Source: an uncultured Bacteroidales bacterium
GTDB lineage: Bacteria; Bacteroidota; Bacteroidia; Bacteroidales; WCHB1-69
Assembly (NCBI GenBank): GCA_937901455.1
Contig: CALDIA010000087.1
Location: forward strand, 1-58,335
DNA: 58,335 nt
Reading direction: 5' to 3'
Of this stretch, positions 17,171 to 28,275 are shown piece by piece. The stretch's first letter is position 1. Every line of letters begins with the position of its first letter. Both the position numbers and the translations under genes were made by a program. Below the pieces are notes generated by a model, which did no database searches, was not told the origin of the DNA, and was given only the letters and a program-made list of their open reading frames with translations.

Positions 17171-17902
17171 ATGTTCAGTTTATATCTCAAAGAAATCAAG
17201 GCCTTTCTGAGCTCCATCATTGGGTATATCTTCATTGGGGTGTTCTTGATTGTCGCCGGCCTTTTCTTATGGGTGTTTCCCAATATCGACAATATCATGG
17301 AAGCAGGCATGGCCGACCTGCACGGACTCTTCAATTTGTCGCAGTTCCTGTTCATTTTCCTGGTTCCGGCCATCACGATGCGCTCCTTTGCCGAAGAACG
17401 CCGTACCGGCACAATGGATATCCTGCTCACCAAGCCCCTTTCCGACTGGCAAATCATAGGTGCCAAGTTTCTGGCCTGCCTTACACTGCTGGCCATCGCC
17501 CTGTTGCCTACCTTTGTCTATATGATTACCGTTTACCTTCTTGGAAATCCCGTAGGTAATATCGATATGGGCAGCACCTGGGGCTCCTATCTGGGACTTC
17601 TGTTCCTTGGTGCTACCTTCATATCTATAGGCTTGTTTGCCTCTTCCATTACCAATAACCAGATCGTCGCCTTTATCGTTGCGGCACTGCTCTGCTTTAT
17701 TCTTTTCTTCGGGTTCGCCTTCATATACTCCTTTGAGTCGCTGGGAGCTGTAGGCTATTACATCAAAACCCTCGGCATTGAACATCACTATGCCTCCATC
17801 AGCAAAGGGGTGATCGACTCTCGGGATGTCATCTACTTCCTCAGCGTTACGTTCCTGTTTCTGTTTGCAACTGAAATTGTGCTCCTTCGTCGTAAATGGT
17901 AA
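17171..17902 (+). CDS. gldF: Gliding-motility-associated ABC transporter permease GldF
   Basis: 243-aa polytopic ABC-2 type permease, immediately followed by and overlapping a GldG-like gene. The N-terminus KEIKAFLSSIIGYIFIGVFL is typical of GldF. Confidence 0.7.
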   Translation: MFSLYLKEIKAFLSSIIGYIFIGVFLIVAGLFLWVFPNIDNIMEAGMADLHGLFNLSQFLFIFLVPAITMRSFAEERRTGTMDILLTKPLSDWQIIGAKFLACLTLLAIALLPTFVYMITVYLLGNPVGNIDMGSTWGSYLGLLFLGATFISIGLFASSITNNQIVAFIVAALLCFILFFGFAFIYSFESLGAVGYYIKTLGIEHHYASISKGVIDSRDVIYFLSVTFLFLFATEIVLLRRKW

Positions 17903-19686
17903 CCCAAAAATCAGACAATATGAAAAAGAATAATCGACAGAAAAGCGGCCAACAGTTCAAAAAAAATACTATTATTGGTCTGATCACAGCCCTGGTGGTG
18001 CTCTTAGTCATCAATATTCTATCCTCTTTCTTCTTCTTCCGCATAGACTTGACGAAAGACAAGCGGCATTCACTCTCTCCGGCTACCATAGAGATGCTGA
18101 AAGGATTGGAGGACAAAGTGTACATTCGGGTTTACTTAGAGGGAAAGGATCAGCCCGCCGATTATCAACTCTTCGCTAAGCAGGTAGAACAGATGCTGCA
18201 GGATTTTCGCAGTTATAACCAGAACGTATATTACGAATTTATTGACCCCCTGGATGGCAAAACCAACGAGGAGGTTAACAGCATCTTGGGCGACTTTGTG
18301 AAAAAGGGGTTGGAGCCTATCCCTATCAGTCGGGAGGACGCCAACGGCTATTCCACACATATGGTCATACCGGGTGCTATCATCAGCTATCGGAACCACG
18401 AATACCCTGCCAAGCTGGTGGTTGCCGACCCTTCCGGTAACAATTGGCTGCAGTACTCCACCGAGGAGCTCGAATACAACATAGTGGCACCTATCCGCCG
18501 ATTGCTCAAGACCGAGAAACCTCGCGTGGCATTCTTGGATGGGCATGGCGAACTCGATTTTTTCAACACCTACTGGGCAGCGGCACAGTTGCAGCGCTTC
18601 TATAATGTGGACCGCATCACCCTGGACGGCAAAATCAATGCGCTGCGCGATATCCAATTGGCCGACTCTACCAGCCAGGAGTTGAAGTTGGGCGACAACA
18701 AATACGATGTGCTTGTGGTGGCCCAGCCCACAGAACCGTTCAAAGAGTACGACAAGTATATCATCGACCAGTTCATCATGCGCGGTGGCAAGGTGCTGTG
18801 GCTCATTGACAACACCACAGCCTCCCTGGATAGTCTGCAAAATACCCCTGAGTTTTTTGCCACTCCCCGTTCACTCTATATTAACGACCTCTTCTTTACC
18901 TACGGGGTACGCATTAACAGCAATTTGATACAAGACCTCAGCTGTTTGCCCATCCCCCAACAGGTCAGCATGATTGGCGACCAACCACAATATAAGTTCA
19001 TGGCATTTCCATACGTGTTGGATATCGTCAACTTTAGCGACCATCCCATTGTGCGCAACATGAAGGAAATACGCGCAGAGTTCGCTGGCAGTATTGACCT
19101 GGTGGGTCGTGAGGACAACCTGACTAAAACGGTGCTGATGACTACCTCGGAGCGCACGAAGCTGACACCGACACCCTCCATCGTAACCTTGCGTGTGGGA
19201 CTCACCCAGCCAAATCCCCAGGAATTTGCCTTCCGAAACCTGCCCGTTGCAGTGCTTGTAGAAGGTGAATTCAATTCCGCTTTCAAAGGTATCTTGCCGA
19301 TAGAGTTCGACACCATCAAGCAACTTGACTATCGCGACAAAAGTGTCTATACCCGACAAATCTTCATCTCCGACGGAGACATCATCCGCAACCCCTTTGA
19401 CCGCAAACGCAATCAGCCATATCCTACCGGCTATGATATCTATACCCGTACTATGTACGACAATGCCGATTTTATCTTCAGTTGCATCAACTACCTGTGC
19501 GCCGATGACGACCTGTTGCAACTCCGCGCCAAAAATTTTAAAATCGGATCCCTCAACCAAGAAAAAATCCGAAAAAACAAAACCCTCATATCAACAATCA
19601 ATATAATATTACCCATTCTTTTGATTACTATCATGGGTTGTATTCTCATTTTTATTCGAAAATTCAAATTCAATAAGAAAAAGTAA
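17896..19686 (+). CDS. gldG: Gliding-associated ABC transporter substrate-binding component GldG
   Basis: 596 aa with an N-terminal TM segment, a large periplasmic region and a C-terminal TM anchor. The start overlaps the gldF stop (ATGGTAA). An alternative start is MKKNN at 17920. Confidence 0.7.
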   Translation: MVTQKSDNMKKNNRQKSGQQFKKNTIIGLITALVVLLVINILSSFFFFRIDLTKDKRHSLSPATIEMLKGLEDKVYIRVYLEGKDQPADYQLFAKQVEQMLQDFRSYNQNVYYEFIDPLDGKTNEEVNSILGDFVKKGLEPIPISREDANGYSTHMVIPGAIISYRNHEYPAKLVVADPSGNNWLQYSTEELEYNIVAPIRRLLKTEKPRVAFLDGHGELDFFNTYWAAAQLQRFYNVDRITLDGKINALRDIQLADSTSQELKLGDNKYDVLVVAQPTEPFKEYDKYIIDQFIMRGGKVLWLIDNTTASLDSLQNTPEFFATPRSLYINDLFFTYGVRINSNLIQDLSCLPIPQQVSMIGDQPQYKFMAFPYVLDIVNFSDHPIVRNMKEIRAEFAGSIDLVGREDNLTKTVLMTTSERTKLTPTPSIVTLRVGLTQPNPQEFAFRNLPVAVLVEGEFNSAFKGILPIEFDTIKQLDYRDKSVYTRQIFISDGDIIRNPFDRKRNQPYPTGYDIYTRTMYDNADFIFSCINYLCADDDLLQLRAKNFKIGSLNQEKIRKNKTLISTINIILPILLITIMGCILIFIRKFKFNKKK

Positions 19687-19706
19687 AATAAACAATCTCT
19701 AAAAAA

Positions 19707-22520
19707 ATGAAAAAAATAGTCTGCTTCTTTTTCAGTATGATTTTCTGTGCCTCTTTTGTAATGGCCCAGAACAATGATCTTTCCAAACCTTTAAATCCTG
19801 ATCCGAAAGTGAAGATCGGGAAATTGGACAATGGACTGACCTATTATATCCGGCACAATGAGACTCCCAAGAACCACGTGGAGTTGCGCTTGGCGGTTAA
19901 TGCTGGTTCCAATCAGGAGAATGAGAACCAACGCGGTCTGGCCCACTTTTGTGAGCACATGGCCTTCAATGGCATCGAAGGATTCCCCAAAAATACGATG
20001 GTGAGCACATTGCAGAGCCTGGGCGTGGTGTTTGGCGCCGACCTGAATGCCTACACCAGTTTCGATGAGACTGTTTATATGATTCCAATGCCGCTCAACA
20101 ACCCTTCCAACCTGGAAACGGGTCTCAAGATGCTGAAAGGCTGGGCTTCCGGGGTGTTGTTCGACAACAAGGAGATAGATGCCGAGCGTGGCGTCATCAC
20201 CGAGGAGTACCGCTTAGGTCTGGGCGCTGATGACCGTATGCGCAAGGTGTACTGGCCAGTGCTGATGAACGGTTCGCGCTATGCCGAGCGTATGCCCATT
20301 GGTCTCTTGGATGTGATTCAGAATTTCGACTATCAAGTGATCAAAGATTTTTACCATGATTGGTATCGTCCAGATTTGGAGGCTATTGTCGTAGTGGGTG
20401 ATGTAGATGTGGACGTGGTGGAAAAGAAGATCAAGGATCTTTTCGGAACTATCCAGCCGCGTACTAACCCTCGCGTGAAAGAGCATTACCCCATTGCCAA
20501 GACCAAGGAGCCGATGGTTGCTATTGCCACCGACAAGGAAGCCGGCGGCAACCAGGTGATGATGGTGCGCAAAATGCCCCACTTTGTTATCAAGACTATC
20601 GGCGACTTCCGCAAGCAACTCGTCATCGACCTCTTCAACAGCATGTATGAGTCCCGCTATGAAGAGATGGCCCAAGACCCAAAATGCCCGTTTATTGGTG
20701 GGGCTGCCGGCTATTTCAACTTCGTTGGCGAAACCGACATGTATGGCGCGCAGGCTGTCAGCAAAGACAACCGCATCATTGAAACGCTGGAAAGCCTTAT
20801 GCGGGAAGATTACCGCGTGCTCAAACATGGTTTTCTCCAAACGGAATTGGACCGTGCTAAAGACGCTCTCTTAGAAGACTATGAGCGTGCCGCTAATGAG
20901 GCTGACAAAACCGAGTCGAGCCACCTGGTGAACGAGTACGTCAGCAACTTCCTGCACAATGACCCCATCCCCGGTGCCAAGAGAGAAAACACCTATGCCA
21001 AGAAATATATGGAGAGCATCACCCTTGAGGAGGTAAATGCGCTGGCCAAAGAGTGGATTACGGAGGATAATATCACCGTCATCATCACAGCCCCTGAAAA
21101 AGAGGGCGTGACCGTTCCTACCAAAGAACAAGTGCTCAACGTCATCAACAATAAGACTTTGGCCAATGTGGATCCCTATGTGGATAACTACAAGGATCAG
21201 GAGATTTTGGACAAGAGCACACTGACTCCGGGCAAAATTGTGAAAACTGAGAAAATCGAGTCCATTGACGCAACCCACTTGACTCTCTCCAACGGTATCC
21301 AGGTGTACTTGAAGAAGACGAATTTCAAAAACGATGAAATCCTTTTCAGCGCATTCAGCTTCGGAGGCAAATCCCTCTATCCGGTTTCTGACCTTGCCTC
21401 CGCAGACTTTGCTGCTGACATCATCGACCGCGGCGGTATTGGCGAACTGGATTACAATACCTTGATGACCAAGATGAAGAGCAAAAAGGCCGGTGTTTCG
21501 CCCAGCATTTCTGCTATCAGCGAAAATTTCTCCGGATCCACCAGTCCCAAAGACATTGAGTTCTTCTTCCAATATTTGCATGCCTTCTTCACCAATCCTC
21601 GTGTTGACGAAAATGCCATGGAGTTGGTCATGAACGAGACCAAGGAAATGATGAAGATGCTCAATGCCAATGCTATGTATCACTTCTTTGGCAAGTTCAT
21701 AGGTGCAGCCATGCCAGACCCTTATATGTCGAACCAGCTGACCTACACGGACGAATACCTTGAGAAGGTTTCTTTCGAACGTGCCGTGCAGATCTACAAG
21801 GAACGCTTTGCCAATCCAGCCGACTTCACCTTCATCTTTGTAGGAAACTATGACGAGAACGTCATGAACGATATGATCAACCTCTATTTGGGTTCACTCA
21901 AGACTACACCCGTTCGCGAGCAGTTCAAGGATGTGTTTGTCAAACCACAAGACGGCATCGTGAATGTGAACGAGTACTTCGGCACCGAGAACCAATCCTG
22001 GTTGGGTCTTGCTTTCCGCACCCCATTTGAATACAATGACAAGAACAACATGATTGTGACCGAAATTGGCGATGCTTTAGACATTGAATTCATAGAGGTG
22101 GTCAGAGAAAAGATGGGCAATGTGTATTCTCCTATGTGCCAAGTAGGTGCCTCCAAGTATCCCTCTCCTGAAATGACCACTATGATTATGCTGGGTTGTG
22201 CTTCAGAAAATGTGGAGAAACTGAATGATGCCTGCTTCAAGATTCTCAAGAACTTTGCCGCTAAGGGGCCGAGCAAAAAGACACTGGCTAAGGTAAAACA
22301 ACAATTAATAAGCACTCGCGAGAAAAATATCCAAACCAACAACTTCTGGTTGAGTTATATCTCCAGCAAATTGGTGAACCAAGGTGACTTCAACGCTGTG
22401 AACGAGTATGCCGATTTGGTAAATTCCATCACTACCAAGGACATGGTTAATTTCATGAAGAAATACTTCAACTTTGACAATTACACTCGTGTGAATCTGT
22501 ATCCCACTACCATGAAATAA
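19707..22520 (+). CDS. M16 family (insulinase-like) zinc peptidase, secreted
   Basis: 937 aa with a signal peptide, the inverted zinc motif [10 protein letters not shown] (HxxEH), and the duplicated M16 architecture. Confidence 0.85.
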   Translation: MKKIVCFFFSMIFCASFVMAQNNDLSKPLNPDPKVKIGKLDNGLTYYIRHNETPKNHVELRLAVNAGSNQENENQRGLAHFCEHMAFNGIEGFPKNTMVSTLQSLGVVFGADLNAYTSFDETVYMIPMPLNNPSNLETGLKMLKGWASGVLFDNKEIDAERGVITEEYRLGLGADDRMRKVYWPVLMNGSRYAERMPIGLLDVIQNFDYQVIKDFYHDWYRPDLEAIVVVGDVDVDVVEKKIKDLFGTIQPRTNPRVKEHYPIAKTKEPMVAIATDKEAGGNQVMMVRKMPHFVIKTIGDFRKQLVIDLFNSMYESRYEEMAQDPKCPFIGGAAGYFNFVGETDMYGAQAVSKDNRIIETLESLMREDYRVLKHGFLQTELDRAKDALLEDYERAANEADKTESSHLVNEYVSNFLHNDPIPGAKRENTYAKKYMESITLEEVNALAKEWITEDNITVIITAPEKEGVTVPTKEQVLNVINNKTLANVDPYVDNYKDQEILDKSTLTPGKIVKTEKIESIDATHLTLSNGIQVYLKKTNFKNDEILFSAFSFGGKSLYPVSDLASADFAADIIDRGGIGELDYNTLMTKMKSKKAGVSPSISAISENFSGSTSPKDIEFFFQYLHAFFTNPRVDENAMELVMNETKEMMKMLNANAMYHFFGKFIGAAMPDPYMSNQLTYTDEYLEKVSFERAVQIYKERFANPADFTFIFVGNYDENVMNDMINLYLGSLKTTPVREQFKDVFVKPQDGIVNVNEYFGTENQSWLGLAFRTPFEYNDKNNMIVTEIGDALDIEFIEVVREKMGNVYSPMCQVGASKYPSPEMTTMIMLGCASENVEKLNDACFKILKNFAAKGPSKKTLAKVKQQLISTREKNIQTNNFWLSYISSKLVNQGDFNAVNEYADLVNSITTKDMVNFMKKYFNFDNYTRVNLYPTTMK

Positions 22521-22566
22521 AAAATTGTTGAATAAAGCATCTAACAACCAAGAAAAGCTAAAGCAT

Positions 22567-23976
22567 ATGACAGACTACGAATTGAAATATAAGATTGCGG
22601 ACATGAGTTTGGCGGAATGGGGCCGGAAGGATATAGAGGTTTCTCAGAAGGAGATGCCAGGATTGTTGGCCATTCGCGAGAAGTATGGCGACAGCAAGCC
22701 CTTGCAGGGAGTGCGCATCATGGGTTCCTTGCACATGACCATTCAGACGGCCGTGCTCATAGAAACCTTGGTGCACTTAGGCGCGCAGGTTCGCTGGTGC
22801 AGTTGCAATATATTCTCCACGCAAGACCATGCCGCCGCGGCCATTGCCGCCGTGGGCGTGCCTGTCTTTGCTTGGAAGGGCGAATCGCTGGAGGAGTATT
22901 GGTGGTGCACCAACCAAGCACTCTCTTTTCCAGGCGGCAAAGGCCCCCAACTCATCGTGGACGACGGCGGCGATGCTACACTGCTGATACACACAGGCTA
23001 CGCCGCAGAAAATAACCCCGCCATTCTGGACGCCACCCCTGAAGCACACGAACAAGCTGTTATATTCCAAACACTGAAGGAAATACTGAAAGAGGACCCC
23101 CACCGTTGGCACAACATGGTGAAAGAAATCAAAGGCGTTTCTGAAGAGACCACCACAGGTGTGCACCGCCTCTATCAAATGATGGAAAAGGGCGAACTCC
23201 TCTTCCCAGCTATCAATGTCAACGACTCGGTCACGAAATCCAAATTTGATAATAAGTACGGTTGCCGAGAGTCTTTGGCGGATGGTATCAAGCGCGCCAC
23301 AGATGTCATGATTGCCGGCAAGGTGGTGGTGGTATGCGGTTATGGCGATGTGGGCAAAGGCTGTGCCCAGTCTATGCGCTCGTATGGCGCCCGCGTCATC
23401 GTCACCGAAATAGATCCTATCTGCGCCTTGCAAGCCGCCATGGAAGGCTTTGAAGTGAAAACCGTGGATGATGCCCTGGCTGAAGGTAATATTTATGTGA
23501 CCACCACGGGCAACTGCGATGTCATCACCGTGGACCACCTCAACAAGATGAAAGACCAGTCTATTGTGTGCAATATCGGTCACTTCGACAACGAAATACA
23601 AGTCTCCGCTTTCGAAAAGCAAGCCTGTATAACTAAACGCAATATCAAGCCACAGGTAGATGAATACATATTCCCCGACGGGCACTCGTTGTTCATCTTG
23701 GCAGAAGGCAGACTGGTCAATCTGGGATGTGCCACTGGACACCCATCGTTTGTCATGAGCAACTCCTTTACCAACCAAACCATGGCACAAATAGACCTCT
23801 GGCAGAATGATTACAAAGTAGGCGTTTATAATCTGCCTAAAAAACTGGATGAGGAGGTGGCACGACTGCACTTAGCCAAGATCGGTGTAAAGCTTACCAC
23901 ACTTACCCAAAAGCAAGCCGATTATATCGGGGTTCCCGTAGAGGGGCCATACAAATCGGATTTGTATCGCTACTAA
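22567..23976 (+). CDS. ahcY: Adenosylhomocysteinase
   Basis: The N-terminus is conserved ([26 protein letters not shown]), with the NAD-binding GYGDVGKG and the C-terminal YRY. The start was set at MTDYEL; the ORF-track start is 22525. Confidence 0.95.
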   Translation: MTDYELKYKIADMSLAEWGRKDIEVSQKEMPGLLAIREKYGDSKPLQGVRIMGSLHMTIQTAVLIETLVHLGAQVRWCSCNIFSTQDHAAAAIAAVGVPVFAWKGESLEEYWWCTNQALSFPGGKGPQLIVDDGGDATLLIHTGYAAENNPAILDATPEAHEQAVIFQTLKEILKEDPHRWHNMVKEIKGVSEETTTGVHRLYQMMEKGELLFPAINVNDSVTKSKFDNKYGCRESLADGIKRATDVMIAGKVVVVCGYGDVGKGCAQSMRSYGARVIVTEIDPICALQAAMEGFEVKTVDDALAEGNIYVTTTGNCDVITVDHLNKMKDQSIVCNIGHFDNEIQVSAFEKQACITKRNIKPQVDEYIFPDGHSLFILAEGRLVNLGCATGHPSFVMSNSFTNQTMAQIDLWQNDYKVGVYNLPKKLDEEVARLHLAKIGVKLTTLTQKQADYIGVPVEGPYKSDLYRY

Positions 23977-23987
23977 TATGAATTAAT

Positions 23988-24022
23988 AGAGAGGGAGGCT
24001 GAAAGTCTTCCTCTCTGTTGTT
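23988..24022 (+). terminator. Hairpin terminator after ahcY
   Basis: A 10-bp stem pairs agagagggag with cttcctctct (one G-U pair) around a 9-nt loop, followed by gttgtt. Confidence 0.5.
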
Positions 24023-24177
24023 AAAGAGTTGATCACTGAAGGTGCAACCGCTAATAGCCAACGATTTTCAGCCACCAAAAACGCAATCCAAAAATCCCTT
24101 GGGAAGACTTAGTTCATGCCAACGGTTATGATTCACATTTTTGTTGAAACACATATTCTTAATAGGAGAAAATATAC

Positions 24178-24185
24178 TATCTTTG
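24178..24185 (+). promoter_or_regulatory. TAnnTTTG -7 box (TATCTTTG) directly upstream of the GNAT gene
   Basis: The motif ends 4 nt before the ATG at 24190. This implies a leaderless or near-leaderless mRNA, or use of the internal Met11. Confidence 0.4.
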
Positions 24186-24189
24186 CACC

Positions 24190-24630
24190 ATGGAAAAAGA
24201 CAATACAATTATTCGGTTGATGACGATAGAGGATTATGCACCAGTCTATCGCCTATGGACGGAAACGGCAGGTATGGCCATCCGCAGTTATGACGATTCG
24301 AAAGAGGGAATTGCCAAGTTTTTGGTCAAGAACCCTTCCTCTAACTTTGTGGCTATCAGAAATGGTCAACTTATAGGCGTCATCCTTTGCGGCATTGACG
24401 GTCGCCGGGCTTATATTTACCATGCTGTTGTAGCACCGGCACACCGCCGTCAAGGAGTGGGTAAACGGCTGTTGGAAGCAGTCATGACCGTGGCAGAATC
24501 CGAAGGTATCCACAAAAGCGGTTTGCTCGTTATGCGCAACAACGAGTTGGGCAGGCAGTTCTGGGCCTCCCAAGGATGGGATGTGCGCAATGATGTTATC
24601 TACTATAGCTATAATAATGTACTTCAGTAA
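24190..24630 (+). CDS. GNAT family N-acetyltransferase
   Basis: 146 aa with the acetyl-CoA binding motif HRRQGVGKRLLEA (Q/RxxGxG/A). Confidence 0.8.
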   Translation: MEKDNTIIRLMTIEDYAPVYRLWTETAGMAIRSYDDSKEGIAKFLVKNPSSNFVAIRNGQLIGVILCGIDGRRAYIYHAVVAPAHRRQGVGKRLLEAVMTVAESEGIHKSGLLVMRNNELGRQFWASQGWDVRNDVIYYSYNNVLQ

Positions 24631-24633
24631 CCC

Positions 24634-26301
24634 ATGAGAAGGCACCTCGTCACATTAGGTATCCTTACGGTCTTGTTGCTTGTCGGTTGCGCCAAAGTGG
24701 TGGTGCCTACTGGTGGTCCCAAGGATATGGAGCCTCCTAAAATGCAGAAGGAGGACCCCCCAGCCCTTACCGTCAATTTCAAAGCTCCACAGATCAAGAT
24801 TGCTTTCGACGAGTTCTTCACGCTGCAAAACCCGACAGAAAATGTGCTCATCTCTCCCCCGATGTCCACATCGCCCAAATATTCTATCAGCGGCAAAAAC
24901 CTGATCATCAAATTTACTGACACCCTGCAGCCTAACACCACCTATAATATGGTGTTTTCTGACTGTATTCGGGATTACAATGAGGGTAACCCCATACCAT
25001 ATTATCATTATAGCTTTTCCACAGGACCTGTCATTGACTCCTGCACTATCAAGGGCAGCGTGCGCGACGCCCTGACCCTGGATGCCTGCAAGGATTACTT
25101 TGTGATGCTCTATAAAAAGGATGTCGACTCGTTGCCTCTGACTACATTGCCCGACTATATAACCAAGTCCCAGTCCAATGGCAATTTCAATCTTGACAAT
25201 ATTGCCCCGGGTTTTTACAAGATTTTTGCGCTGAAAGATATCAATGCCAATCTGCTTTATGATCTTCCCAATGAGCGAGTGGCCTTCTCGGATGGACTTG
25301 TGGAGGCTGCTGTGATAGTGTCCCCAAAGGATTCCACGAGGCAGGTTGACATTCAAGAGGTGCAGTTGCTTAGTTTTGAGCAGGCTCCCGAAAACCCGCA
25401 GTTGGCGCATGTGGAGAACCCCGCCGCAGGTGTCTTCATTTTGCCCTATATGAAGCCTGTCAGCGAATTCTCAGCAGAGGCTTTGGGACAAAACATTCCC
25501 TACTTCGAGCGTTTCAACGAGTCACGCGACACCATCTTCTGGTATATGAAAGAGGCGATAGCTGATACCTTGTCTTATCGCCTCCATGCCGATGGCCACA
25601 CCGACACACTTACAATAACACCCTACAAGGAGGTAAAACTCAATGGGCGAGGTAGTAGCCGCAACGAACGCAAGTCGGTTTTGAACGTGACTGCTCGCAA
25701 CCAGGGACACCGTTTCAAGCCGCTCTCTCTGGCATTTTCCTATCCCATTCGCCCCGCCGACTCCATTGCTGCCACCTTTATATCGCGAAAAGATACCCAA
25801 ACAGTGTATGTTTCCGTACCCGACTCGTTTGTTATGCAGCTGCCCATTCCCTTCTCTTACAGTGATAAACAGAGCTATACCTTAATAATCCCCGATTCGG
25901 TGTTCTGGGGATATAACAACTTGACCAATGATTCTATTCGGCTCAATTTCGAAACACGCTCGCTGAAAGACTATGGCAACCTGACCATGGAATATGTATG
26001 CCCCGAAACGGGTGGCAACTTTATTGCACAATTATGGAAAGACAAAACGCTGATACAGCAAGACATGTTTACAAATACCTGTAAAATTCCTTACTTGTAT
26101 CTTGACCCTGGCAATTATAGGATCAAGGTTATTGAAGACCTTAATGGCAATGGGCATTGGGATCCAGGTAATTATAGCCTACACCTCCAACCCGAGCGGG
26201 TCTTTTTCTTTCACACTGACGTCACCATCCGCGCCTATTGGGATAGTGAAGAGCAGTTTAGGATCGGCGAGATTAGAGATGGAGGGGATATGAGAAGATA
26301 A
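24634..26301 (+). CDS. Ig-like domain-containing lipoprotein (SbsA/Big_5-like N-terminal domain)
   Basis: 555 aa with the lipoprotein signal LLLVGC. The N-terminal segment (LISPPMSTSPKYSISGKNLIIKFTDTLQPNTTY) resembles bacterial Ig-like domains. The C-terminus has DLNGNGHWDPGNY. Function is unknown. Confidence 0.6.
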   Translation: MRRHLVTLGILTVLLLVGCAKVVVPTGGPKDMEPPKMQKEDPPALTVNFKAPQIKIAFDEFFTLQNPTENVLISPPMSTSPKYSISGKNLIIKFTDTLQPNTTYNMVFSDCIRDYNEGNPIPYYHYSFSTGPVIDSCTIKGSVRDALTLDACKDYFVMLYKKDVDSLPLTTLPDYITKSQSNGNFNLDNIAPGFYKIFALKDINANLLYDLPNERVAFSDGLVEAAVIVSPKDSTRQVDIQEVQLLSFEQAPENPQLAHVENPAAGVFILPYMKPVSEFSAEALGQNIPYFERFNESRDTIFWYMKEAIADTLSYRLHADGHTDTLTITPYKEVKLNGRGSSRNERKSVLNVTARNQGHRFKPLSLAFSYPIRPADSIAATFISRKDTQTVYVSVPDSFVMQLPIPFSYSDKQSYTLIIPDSVFWGYNNLTNDSIRLNFETRSLKDYGNLTMEYVCPETGGNFIAQLWKDKTLIQQDMFTNTCKIPYLYLDPGNYRIKVIEDLNGNGHWDPGNYSLHLQPERVFFFHTDVTIRAYWDSEEQFRIGEIRDGGDMRR

Positions 26302-26305
26302 TAAT

Positions 26306-26329
26306 GAACAAGAAGATGTTCCTTTTTTC
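26306..26329 (+). terminator. Weak hairpin plus T-run after the Ig-like lipoprotein gene
   Basis: The 5-bp stem gaaca-agaaga-tgttc is followed by cttttttc. Confidence 0.4.
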
Positions 26330-26342
26330 TGTCCGCATCAGA

Positions 26343-26358
26343 TATTTTTGTACTTTTG
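26343..26358 (+). promoter_or_regulatory. Two tandem TAnnTTTG boxes (TATTTTTG, TACTTTTG) for the TM1266-like/hydG unit
   Basis: The sequence is gatatttttgtacttttgcacgc. The second box lies 75 nt upstream of the ATG at 26433. Confidence 0.5.
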
Positions 26359-26432
26359 CACGCTCACTTGAGACCACAAGTCTTGCGTGACAAATAAGAC
26401 ATATTTATTAACCTAATCCAAAAGTAGCACTA

Positions 26433-26681
26433 ATGGAGAAGAGAATTGGCACTATAACGGTGTTCATACGCGACCGCGCGGTGGCACAGCATATCAACAG
26501 CATTATTTCCCAACATGCCGACATTATTGTGGCGCGGCAAGGTTTGCCTTTTCGCAACAGTGGTATCTCAGTCATCTCCCTGATTGTGGAAGGCGACATT
26601 GACAGTCTGAACACCCTCTCTGGAAAATTAGGGAAAATTCCAGAAGTGGAGGTAAAGGTGGTCGTAATCAAACAGAAATAA
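26433..26681 (+). CDS. TM1266-family putative iron-only hydrogenase system regulator (NikR-C/ACT-like)
   Basis: 82 aa with the block LSGKLGKIPEVEVKVV, which I recognise from the small TM1266-type proteins encoded next to HydG/E/F. It lies immediately upstream of hydG. Confidence 0.6.
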   Translation: MEKRIGTITVFIRDRAVAQHINSIISQHADIIVARQGLPFRNSGISVISLIVEGDIDSLNTLSGKLGKIPEVEVKVVVIKQK

Positions 26682-26709
26682 ACTAAAAAACACTTAAAAT
26701 CATAAAATC

Positions 26710-28164
26710 ATGCAGTTCAATCCTGAAAAATGTAGAATCCCTGATGAAATTGGGAAACCCTTTATCGATGAAGAAGAGATATGGGATTATATAAACAAAA
26801 CCCAAAGTACCCCGGAGCGGGTTAGGGATATTATTCAGAAATCGCTGGATAAAAACCGCCTAACACTGGAGGAGACCGCCGTGTTGGTGAACACCACCGA
26901 TTCTACCCTGGTTGAGGAGATCAAAGAGGGAGCCCGCGAACTTAAACGCCGCATCTATGGCAATCGTATTGTCTTGTTTGCCCCGCTGTATGTGGGCAAC
27001 TATTGTATTAATAATTGCAAATATTGCGGATTCCGATCCTCCAACAAGGAACAAGTGCGCACCACGCTGACCGATGAGGAACTGGTGCACAATGTGGAGG
27101 CGCTGGAAGAAGACGGCCAAAAGCGACTGATACTCGTCTATGGCGAATCCCCGAAATACTCGCCTGAATATATTGCCCATACCGTGAAGTTGACCTATGC
27201 CACCAAGAAAAACAATGGTTCTATTCGCCGTGTCAACATCAACGCCGCACCTTTGGATGTGGAGGGATTCCGCACGGTTAAGGAGGCAGGCATCGGCACG
27301 TACCAGATCTTTCAGGAGACCTATCACCGCGGGGCTTACGCTAAGTTTCATCCCGCCAACACCCGCAAGGGAGACTACGACTGGCGCCTTACCTCCATGG
27401 ACCGCGCCCAGCAAGGCGGTATCGACGACAACGGACTCGGCATCCTCTTTGGCCTCTATGACTGGCGCTTCGAGGTGCTGGCCATGATCCGCCACACCAA
27501 CCACCTTGAAGCCTGCTTCAATGTAGGACCCCACACCATCTCCTTTCCACGTATCAAAGATGCTTCGGGACTCGACATTGATCAGGAATATATGGTGGAT
27601 GACGACACCTTCGAGAAGATTATAGCCATCTTCAGATTGGCAGTTCCCTACACCGGGATGATCCTCACCGCACGCGAAACCGCCGAATTCCGCGCCAAGG
27701 CCATCCAATATGGCATATCCCAAATAGACGGCGGCACCAACCTGCAGATCGGTGACTACAAATACCATCATGAGGAGACGGAAAAGAACAGTGATAAAGT
27801 GGAAGACCAAAACCTGCACCGCGAGCAATTCAAAATTGGTGATGACCGCACGCTGGGCGAAATCATTGATGAACTCCTTGAGGACAACTATATTCCCAGT
27901 TTCTGCACCGCCTGTTACCGATTGGGCCGTACAGGTGAACATTTTATGGAGTTTAGTGTGCCCGGTTTCATCAAACGCTATTGCACCCCCAACGCTATCC
28001 TGACCTTGAGCGAATACTTAGTGGACTATGCGACCCCGGAAGTGGCTGCCAAAGGATGGAAGGTTATAGAAAACAATCTCGAGAATGTGGACGACAAGTT
28101 CCGCGAGGAACTGCTTAAACGCATTGCGCGTGTGAAAGCCGGTGAACGAGACCTTTATTTCTAA
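26710..28164 (+). CDS. hydG: [FeFe]-hydrogenase H-cluster radical SAM maturase HydG
   Basis: 484 aa with the radical SAM motif CINNCKYCGF. The C-terminal auxiliary cluster region CTACYRLGRTGEHFM distinguishes HydG from ThiH. Confidence 0.8.
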   Translation: MQFNPEKCRIPDEIGKPFIDEEEIWDYINKTQSTPERVRDIIQKSLDKNRLTLEETAVLVNTTDSTLVEEIKEGARELKRRIYGNRIVLFAPLYVGNYCINNCKYCGFRSSNKEQVRTTLTDEELVHNVEALEEDGQKRLILVYGESPKYSPEYIAHTVKLTYATKKNNGSIRRVNINAAPLDVEGFRTVKEAGIGTYQIFQETYHRGAYAKFHPANTRKGDYDWRLTSMDRAQQGGIDDNGLGILFGLYDWRFEVLAMIRHTNHLEACFNVGPHTISFPRIKDASGLDIDQEYMVDDDTFEKIIAIFRLAVPYTGMILTARETAEFRAKAIQYGISQIDGGTNLQIGDYKYHHEETEKNSDKVEDQNLHREQFKIGDDRTLGEIIDELLEDNYIPSFCTACYRLGRTGEHFMEFSVPGFIKRYCTPNAILTLSEYLVDYATPEVAAKGWKVIENNLENVDDKFREELLKRIARVKAGERDLYF

Positions 28165-28247
28165 CAATTTTATTTTTAATTTGTTATAAAAATCGTGGCA
28201 GTTTGTAACAAAATTATTTGGTTGTCGTATAAATGAAAGTTTTTTTA

Positions 28248-28255
28248 TAATTTTG
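28248..28255 (+). promoter_or_regulatory. TAnnTTTG -7 box (TAATTTTG) for mreB
   Basis: The motif lies 21 nt upstream of the ATG at 28276. Confidence 0.5.
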
Positions 28256-28275
28256 CAGTCTTAATATTTGTATTA

